The position numbers and the translations under genes are program-made. The notes beneath the pieces were generated by a model. It was not told where the DNA came from. It was given only the letters and a program-made list of their open reading frames with translations, and searched no databases. A stretch of 64,000 nt of DNA from an uncultured Thermoplasmata archaeon (GTDB taxonomy: Archaea > Thermoplasmatota > Thermoplasmata > Lutacidiplasmatales > UBA184): positions 401,979 to 465,978 of the forward strand of contig CAWISZ010000004.1 of the NCBI GenBank assembly GCA_963838955.1. Reading direction: 5' to 3'. Shown piece after piece: positions 57,668-64,000 of the stretch. The first letter of the stretch is position 1. Each line of letters begins with the position of its first letter.

Positions 57668-58819
57668 ATGCCGGCGCCCTCCTCGGCGAGCGTGGAAGAG
57701 GACGAGAACTCCGAAGAGCGCACGCGAGAACGTGCGGTCGTCGAGCGTCTCGGCACTGGCGTGGAGCCGGACGGGTTCGTCCCGTTCGATCGCTTCATGG
57801 AGATCGCGCTCTACGCTCCCGGGATCGGGTACTACACGGGACCACGCAGTCCGCTCGGACCCTCGGGCGATTTCTACACCGCCCCCCACGTCCATCCGTT
57901 CTTCTCGCAGGCGCTGGCACAGCGGGTGCGGGAGGTCCGCGATCGAATCCCGGACGGGATCCCCTTCCGCGTCGTGGAATTGGGGCCGGGAGACGGCACG
58001 CTCGCCGCCGGAGTTGTCGAGGAGCTTGGCCGTGAGCCGAACGGCGGCCGCCGGTATTCCTACGTACTCGTCGAACGCCCGGAATCCCTCCGAGGGGCCG
58101 CGCTCGAACTCGCGCGGACGGCGGGGGTCCGCGCGGGTCTTCCCGTCTCGATCGGCGAGTCCCTCGGAGACGCGGGACCGTTCGTCGGTGTCGTGATCGC
58201 GCACGAGGTAATGGACGCGCAGCCGGTGCGGCGCCTGGTCTATCGGAACACCGACTGGCGCGAGCTCGGCGTCCGCCGCGTGGGGGAGCGCCTGGTCGCG
58301 GCGGAGTCCGACGCGTCTCGGCCGCTTCCTCGAGATCCCCCGACCAACCCCGCGGAGGGCGAGGTCTGGGAGAGCGCGATCGGAAGGACCGCCATCCTTC
58401 GGGCGATCTCCGACCACCTCGCGGGCGGCGTCGCGATCCTCATCGATTACGGCATGAGCGGCCCGGAGCTGCGGTCCGCCCACCCCACCGGAACCCTGGC
58501 GGCGATCCGTCGCCACCGCCCCGTGGATGAGCCGTGGTCGCATCCGGGTCGCGCGGATCTGAGCTGCTTCGTCGATTTCACTCGCGTGCGTTCCGAGGCC
58601 GCCCGGTTCGGTCTGCGGGAGCTGGCGTACACCTCCCAGGCCGAGGCTCTCGGTCGATGGGGGTTCCAGGACCTGCTGCGGCGAGCCCTGGAAACCGCAC
58701 CCTCCTCCGAGGCCCGGGTCAGGGTCCAGCTCGCGGCAAAGAGCCTGTTGTTCGGGTTCGAACGGTTCCAGGTCCTCGAACTCGCGCCCTCGCGGGACGC
58801 GGGGTTCGAAACTAGGTGA
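57668..58819 (+). CDS. MidA/NDUFAF7 family SAM methyltransferase
   Basis: FMEIALY.P..GYY, GDFYTAP, VELGPGDG, HEVMDA.P, IDYG, DLSCFVDF. Confidence 0.9.
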   Translation: MPAPSSASVEEDENSEERTRERAVVERLGTGVEPDGFVPFDRFMEIALYAPGIGYYTGPRSPLGPSGDFYTAPHVHPFFSQALAQRVREVRDRIPDGIPFRVVELGPGDGTLAAGVVEELGREPNGGRRYSYVLVERPESLRGAALELARTAGVRAGLPVSIGESLGDAGPFVGVVIAHEVMDAQPVRRLVYRNTDWRELGVRRVGERLVAAESDASRPLPRDPPTNPAEGEVWESAIGRTAILRAISDHLAGGVAILIDYGMSGPELRSAHPTGTLAAIRRHRPVDEPWSHPGRADLSCFVDFTRVRSEAARFGLRELAYTSQAEALGRWGFQDLLRRALETAPSSEARVRVQLAAKSLLFGFERFQVLELAPSRDAGFETR

Positions 58820-59486
58820 CGGTCTTGGACGGACCCGCCGCGACCCGCTCGGCGATCCGTGCGTCGATCAGGAGCTGGGCCGCCTCTCCCGGCAGCGAGA
58901 GCACGTCTTCGCGTCGCAGCTCGACCGTCTCCGAACCGACGGTGATCGGGCGACCGTCCTTGACGATCCGAACGTAGACGAGAGGCGGGGAGGCGCCGGC
59001 CGGCGCACGACCCCGCGACGGTTGGACCGCGGCGGTCGCGCCCTGCTCGGGCACCCCGGTCACCGAGACCGGTACCGCCTCTGGGTGCTCCGCCGGATGG
59101 CTCGGGACGAGATATGGGGCGACCGCGTGCCGATGAGAGGCGAGCGTGGAAACGAGGCGGTCCATGAGTTCGCGCTCCTCGGGCAGGGTGTTAGGAATGT
59201 CCCGGGGGCCTCCTACGCTGGCGTGGAGGGCGCTTCCGACCAGTTTAGCCATCCGTCCCTCTACGATGTCCCGGGAGAGGCTGCTGGCCCTCTGGTAGGT
59301 CTGTCGAGCGAGCTCACCCTTGCGGTCCGAGGGGTTCTCCCGTAGCTCGGCCTCGTAGGAGCGGCGCAGCTCGGCGAGATAGCTCGCCGTGACCGAGTAG
59401 AAGTTGTGGGGAAGCTTGGCCAGCCCCCCGCGGGAGGCATTCTCGTTCCTTCGCCACTCTAGAAGTTGGCCGTACTGGTCGGGCAT
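58812..59486 (-). CDS. GINS complex subunit (A domain then B domain)
   Basis: LAKLPHNFY, R..K, LPEE; C-terminal VRIVKD...LRREDVLSLP...A..LI. Confidence 0.8.
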   Translation of the reverse strand: MPDQYGQLLEWRRNENASRGGLAKLPHNFYSVTASYLAELRRSYEAELRENPSDRKGELARQTYQRASSLSRDIVEGRMAKLVGSALHASVGGPRDIPNTLPEERELMDRLVSTLASHRHAVAPYLVPSHPAEHPEAVPVSVTGVPEQGATAAVQPSRGRAPAGASPPLVYVRIVKDGRPITVGSETVELRREDVLSLPGEAAQLLIDARIAERVAAGPSKTVT

Positions 59487-59554
59487 CGCCGTGGGAACCC
59501 TCCGATGAGGGACCGAGGCTATAGGAGTTGCGGCGTCTACGGCCGGAGCGACCG

Positions 59555-60013
59555 ATGCACGGGGGGGAGGACTCCGACCAGGTCTTCGAGGAATTCCTCG
59601 AGCTGTGGCGCCGTCTCTACCGGGCGAACCGCGATGACGCCGCCGTGGTCCTCGTGGAGGGGGAACGCGATCGCCGGGCCCTGGCCCGTCTCGGCCTGGA
59701 GGGGGTTATCGAGCTCGTTCATCGCGGGAGGACCCTCGCCGAAACCTCCCAGCAGCTCGTCCAGCGCCACCGGACGGTCATCCTGCTTACCGACTGGGAT
59801 CCGGAAGGGGGGAACCTCGCCCGCCGCCTCCGGGCCCTCCTGCAGGTCGGGGGAGTCACGCTCGACCTCGAGTATCGGCGGCGTCTCGCCCGGATCCTGC
59901 GCGGGGAGGTCGTGCATGTGGAGGGACTTTACGGATGGGCCCGGCGGATGGCCGAGCGCCGGGGGGCCACGATCGCCGAGACCTTGGAGCGGCTACACGC
60001 GGACGCGGCCTAG
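59555..60013 (+). CDS. Small TOPRIM-domain protein
   Basis: VLVEGERD and LLTDWDPEG. Confidence 0.88.
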   Translation: MHGGEDSDQVFEEFLELWRRLYRANRDDAAVVLVEGERDRRALARLGLEGVIELVHRGRTLAETSQQLVQRHRTVILLTDWDPEGGNLARRLRALLQVGGVTLDLEYRRRLARILRGEVVHVEGLYGWARRMAERRGATIAETLERLHADAA

Positions 60014-60014
60014 G

Positions 60015-61041
60015 TGTAGTGTAGCAAGACATCCTGCCGCCTGAATTGTCAACACATATTGCCGCCCCCGGGAGGGGTGGCTTTGGTCAAAGAGGACGTT
60101 CGTCTCCGACTACAGGCGGTCAAACAGCATCTCGAGAAGGGGATCCGGTCCCGAGACATCTGCAAGCTCTTCGGGATCTCGGAGAGGACTCTGAGGTACT
60201 GGTGTCGAAACTACCGAGAGGAAGGCGTCGAGGGGCTACGGGACGAGTCGCGCCGTCCTCGCCGTAGCCCCAGGCGGATCCACGGTAACCTCGCGAATCG
60301 CATCCTCCAACTGAGGCGGAATCATCCGGCTTGGGGCGCTCTCCGCATCCATGCCCTCCTCACGCGGAGAGGCGTTCGGGTGAGTTCGAGCACGGTCCAC
60401 CGCCTCCTGAAGAGACACGGCTTCCTGGTTCGGATCGTCAAGAAGCCCAAGCCGTTCAAGCGATTCCAGCGACACCACGTCGACTCCCTCTGGCAGGTGG
60501 ATGTCTACGAGTTCCGTATCGCAGGGGTCAGGGGGAAGGTCTACGTCCACACGATCCTGGACGACCGCTCCCGCTTCCTGGTGATGGCACGGGCCTATCG
60601 GAGGGAGCGAACGCGAGAGGCGACCAACAACCTCTGGTGGGCGTTCAAGAGCGGGAGAACACCCAGGGCGATCTACGTCGACAACGGGAGCTGCTTCATC
60701 TCGGGTGAGTTCCGGCGATTCTGCCAGGAGCACCACATTCAGGTGATCTACGGGAGGCCGTACAACCCTCGGGGCCGAGGGAAGCTCGAGAGGTTCCACG
60801 GGATCCTGACCCAGGAGCTCGTCGGTCGGGTGAACTTCCGCTCTCTCGGAGACTTCCGGCGCCACCTGTACCACTGGAGACGGAAATACAATCGGAGCCG
60901 CATCCACGGAGGGATCGGCTGGAAGACGCCCGCTGAGGTCTACAATGACCGAAAGTTGATGAGCCGGGTCCGGATCAGGAGGCTCTGAGGGCGGCAATAT
61001 CTCCTGACAAGTCCAGCGGCAACATGTCCTGACACACTACA
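60015..61041 (+). mobile_element. Complete IS481-family insertion sequence (1027 bp)
   Basis: TGT...ACA ends, 26-bp TIRs (21/26 match), 6-bp CCTAGG target duplication at 60009-60014 and 61042-61047. Confidence 0.93.
60059..60988 (+). CDS. IS481-family DDE transposase (start may be a few codons later)
   Basis: HTH, SRRP..SP, WQVD, DDRSR, VDNG, GKLERFH, YN..RIH. Confidence 0.93.
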   Translation: MPPPGGVALVKEDVRLRLQAVKQHLEKGIRSRDICKLFGISERTLRYWCRNYREEGVEGLRDESRRPRRSPRRIHGNLANRILQLRRNHPAWGALRIHALLTRRGVRVSSSTVHRLLKRHGFLVRIVKKPKPFKRFQRHHVDSLWQVDVYEFRIAGVRGKVYVHTILDDRSRFLVMARAYRRERTREATNNLWWAFKSGRTPRAIYVDNGSCFISGEFRRFCQEHHIQVIYGRPYNPRGRGKLERFHGILTQELVGRVNFRSLGDFRRHLYHWRRKYNRSRIHGGIGWKTPAEVYNDRKLMSRVRIRRL

Positions 61042-61042
61042 C

Positions 61043-61657
61043 CTAGGGAATCACTTTGGTCTGGGTTCGGCGGGTTTCCCGGCGGTTGCGCGTGCGCGAC
61101 GGGCGCATGCGTTCCGCACCCTTGCCCTTCCAGCGGAGCCCGCGGGTCTCGCGGCCGGCGCTGGTCAGACCGCGGTAGACCCGGCCCTTCTGAGTGGAAG
61201 CCGACATCCACTCGGTCTTCGGGTCGGCGATGACCGACGGGTGATGGACATCCACGAGGATGACTTCGAAGAACTTCTCCTTTCCATCCTCCCCGACCCA
61301 GTACGAGTTCAGAACTTCCAGGTTCGGGTAGTGCTTCTGCGCGCGCTCCTCGGCGATGCGCTTCAGGCTCTTCGCGAGAGTCATCCGAAGGATACCCTTG
61401 CGTTTCGGACGTCGCCCAGCGATGATCGCCCGGTGGCGCTGGCCGCCCCGGCGGACGCGCACGCGGACGACAATGAATCCTTCCTTCGCCCGATATCCGA
61501 CGGCGCGTGCCCGATCCAACCGGACAGGGTGCTCCACGCGCGTGACGGTGTTCTCGCGCCGCCAGGTCAACAGGCGCTCGTGACGAAGGGCCGCCCCCTC
61601 GTCGCCCAGGGTAGCCCGGAACGAGCGACCCATATAGCTGTACGCCGACTCCGTCAT
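61043..61657 (-). CDS. rpl15e: 50S ribosomal protein L15e
   Basis: P.RLDRAR.VGY.AK.G, GRRPKR, IAEER, NLEVLNSYWV, RGLTSAG. Confidence 0.97.
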   Translation of the reverse strand: MTESAYSYMGRSFRATLGDEGAALRHERLLTWRRENTVTRVEHPVRLDRARAVGYRAKEGFIVVRVRVRRGGQRHRAIIAGRRPKRKGILRMTLAKSLKRIAEERAQKHYPNLEVLNSYWVGEDGKEKFFEVILVDVHHPSVIADPKTEWMSASTQKGRVYRGLTSAGRETRGLRWKGKGAERMRPSRTRNRRETRRTQTKVIP

Positions 61658-61958
61658 GATGGAAGCGCGCGGCCCACCCGCGCCCCGACTATAAAGGTGC
61701 CGTCCCCGGGGGTCGGCCCATCGATCACCGTCACGTAGAGGTGGGTCGAATCGTCCCCGATCACACTGAGTCGGAGACCCGCTCCGCACGGCGCGGTAAG
61801 GTCCGTTCGGCCAGAGACATCGAGGCGAGTGCCACGCAATGATGCAGGCCTGAACCGGCTGGGCTTTTGCCTGAGAGGGTCTGACGCGAGACCCTCTCCG
61901 GCGTTGGGAAAGGGTTCGGGCAGCTCGTCCTCGGACGAGCGCGTTACAAGCGGTCGGT

Positions 61959-64000
61959 TCAGGTTACCGCCAGCAGCACGAGCTGACTCACGTAGGTCAC
62001 ATCCACCGTGCCGCTCGATGGGGAGATCGAGCTTCCCGGGGCGCTCGCAGTGTACGAGTACGATCCCGGACTGACGTAGAACAGCACGAAGGAGCCGGTG
62101 GCGGCCGTCTGCGTGACACCGTCAATCGTCACCGAGTACGATGCCCCGCTGGGGCCCCCGTACGCCAAGAAGACGATGGCGGTCGGAGGGCACGGCAAGT
62201 AGTCACCGCCCGTCGCAATGTAGCCGTACTCGTCGTAGGGGATCGCGGTTCCGGGGAAATAGTCGCCCCAGTAGTTCCCGCCCACCCACGGGAGCCCGAC
62301 GATGCTGCCCGAGAGGGAGTACCCGTTAACGATGCTGGCCTGGTCCGCCGGCACATAGCTCGGGAGGTTCCAGTTCTCGGCATTGAGCTGCGGGGACCCG
62401 TAGAAGAGATTGACGTTCTGCGAGTAGGCGGTGATCGACGTCCCGACCCAGTTGTTGTAGATCCAGTCGCCGCTCTCGAACGCCCAGATCGCGACCGGGG
62501 GTCCGTTCTGCGCACCGTCTCCCGGGTACATCGCCGGGGAAAGGACCGTGCTGTTCACGAACGTGTTACCCCAAACGACGTTGTCCGTCGGTGCGGTGGG
62601 ATCCGAGCCCGCCAGGAGGAGTGCGCTCCCCTGGCTCACGAAGGTGCTGTCCGCTACGAGATCCTGCGATCCGCCCCAGATGACCACGTTGGCGAGAGGC
62701 AGGAAGCCCGTCGGTCCGTAGTCCTCGTAGAAGAACCAGCCGGTAATCCCTTGGGCGCCCCAGATCGAAACGTGCGAAGAGTCAAAGATCTGGAACTGCA
62801 GATTGTTCGTGAACGGCAGCCCAAAGTCAGCGAGGACCGCGTCATAGCTCGACTGGTAGGTCAGTCCGAGGAGCGACGGGTTGTTGAAGCTGACGTAGGC
62901 CGTCGTATCGGCGAGCAGAACTCCCGGGAATACGATGTATAGGTAGTCGTTGAACTGCCCGAAGACCGAGTTCAAACCACCCGGGGCCTCGTTGTTCACA
63001 ATCGTATACGGGGACCCTTCGGTTCCGGAGCCTCCGGTCGAGATCGCCGCGAGCTGGCCATTGTTCCACGCGAAGAGAGGCGTGTAGACCCCTTCCGCAG
63101 AATTTGGCGTCATGGCGAAATCGAGGGTATTCTGGCCCCCAGCAGCGACAGTCGCCGTGACCTGAATCGGCGTGTAGTCGCTCATCATCGCGTTTACAGT
63201 GTACGTTCCCGGTGGGAGGACGAAATCAACGGTGCTCGCGGTTTGGGTCGGCGCCCAGGCGGCGTAGTTGGGATCGAACCCCGTTCCCGGGGTGAAGAAC
63301 ACGAACGCGTTGGACGGAGAGAGCGGGCCGGAGAACGTGGCCTGTCCTATATTTCCGCCCGGAGTCGCGCCCCATAGCGGTGCCGGGATCGAGGGGCCGA
63401 CGCCAAGCTGCACCGTTCCGGGGGAGGTGTACGTTTCAGCAATCCCTTCGGAAGTCTCCCCAGTCTCCGAGCCGACGTTCCATGCCGACGCGGGGCTCAC
63501 GTAGGAGGCGCTCGTGGCGTCCCAGTACGAGAGGCTTTCCGAGCCAGCGATTCCGTAAACCGAAGTGGTGGTCCCTCCGCCGGGCCCACCGATCATGATC
63601 TCGGCGTCATAGGGGATGAAGCCGGTCGGCGTGATCTGAGAGCCATCGACCAAGTAGGGAGCGGCGGGGACGGAGCCGATCGGCGTAGTCGAGCTGAACA
63701 GCACCGTGTCGTAGACCCCGGAGGCTTCACTCATCCCCGTACTCGCGTCGATCACGTTGTAGCCGAAGCGGACGGTTGAGTAGCCGTACCCGGTAGACGG
63801 AATGTTGGTGACGCTCGAATTCAGGTAGAGCTGGACCGTCACGGGGTAGGTGATCGCGAACGTCGGGCCGAAGTCGTAGTAGTACGCGGGGTAGACGGGA
63901 GTTCCGTTGTAGGCGTACAGAGTGCCGGGGGCGAGGTTGATGGCGGGGGACGAGAAGTTCCAAACGTTATCGAGGAACGTGATCGTTCCGGGGTAGGGGT
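61959..64000 (-). CDS. Thermopsin-family secreted protease with beta-helix and beta-sandwich domains; 5' end outside the window
   Basis: NVWNFSS, YDAEIMIGGPGGG, GSETGETS, SGTEGSPY.I, GGNYWGD. Confidence 0.8.
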   Translation of the reverse strand, partial: PYPGTITFLDNVWNFSSPAINLAPGTLYAYNGTPVYPAYYYDFGPTFAITYPVTVQLYLNSSVTNIPSTGYGYSTVRFGYNVIDASTGMSEASGVYDTVLFSSTTPIGSVPAAPYLVDGSQITPTGFIPYDAEIMIGGPGGGTTTSVYGIAGSESLSYWDATSASYVSPASAWNVGSETGETSEGIAETYTSPGTVQLGVGPSIPAPLWGATPGGNIGQATFSGPLSPSNAFVFFTPGTGFDPNYAAWAPTQTASTVDFVLPPGTYTVNAMMSDYTPIQVTATVAAGGQNTLDFAMTPNSAEGVYTPLFAWNNGQLAAISTGGSGTEGSPYTIVNNEAPGGLNSVFGQFNDYLYIVFPGVLLADTTAYVSFNNPSLLGLTYQSSYDAVLADFGLPFTNNLQFQIFDSSHVSIWGAQGITGWFFYEDYGPTGFLPLANVVIWGGSQDLVADSTFVSQGSALLLAGSDPTAPTDNVVWGNTFVNSTVLSPAMYPGDGAQNGPPVAIWAFESGDWIYNNWVGTSITAYSQNVNLFYGSPQLNAENWNLPSYVPADQASIVNGYSLSGSIVGLPWVGGNYWGDYFPGTAIPYDEYGYIATGGDYLPCPPTAIVFLAYGGPSGASYSVTIDGVTQTAATGSFVLFYVSPGSYSYTASAPGSSISPSSGTVDVTYVSQLVLLAVT

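Noticed and set aside
61860..61905. Glycine riboswitch (ctctcaggcaaaag on the minus strand)
   Set aside because: The upstream GGAGA/P2/CCGAAG arrangement is missing, and it lies just after a stop codon.
61940..61961. UGA readthrough (selenocysteine) at the thermopsin stop
   Set aside because: An in-frame TAA follows after four codons.
1..64000. Many long Arg/Pro/Gly-rich overlapping ORFs in the track
   Set aside because: Shadow frames expected at high GC; they overlap well-supported genes.

Overview
High-GC archaeal chromosome segment, most consistent with Thermoplasmata (inference from archaeal ribosomal and translation genes, ether-lipid genes, thermopsin-family proteases and a two-repeat EndA). 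Most of it is core genes: a lipid operon (DGGGPS-GGGPS-DUF2070-M20-carS-pyrE-endA), L44e-S27e-aIF2a-Nop10-Trm56-mvk, L1-P0-P1-purF-Nop5-fibrillarin, DRG and YchF GTPases, GINS and L15e. It also has three toxin-antitoxin pairs, a complete IS481-family element and several large membrane-anchored surface proteins. Main finding: an accessory block (about 33.4-39.6 kb) just past the 3' end of a tRNA-Glu, where single genes are separated by five direct copies of a degenerate 32-bp element (CGCGCTCATCGCGGTCnnnTCATCGAACGCGC). The element keeps one orientation whether the flanking genes are tandem, divergent or convergent, and it is neither a classical attC nor a CRISPR repeat. This suggests an undescribed gene-cassette array; no recombinase is in the window. 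Second finding: the tRNA-Glu(CUC) has a 30-nt T-loop intron (59/60) with a relaxed bulge-helix-bulge motif. Several single-base frameshifts, one in essential rpl1, point to assembly indel errors.
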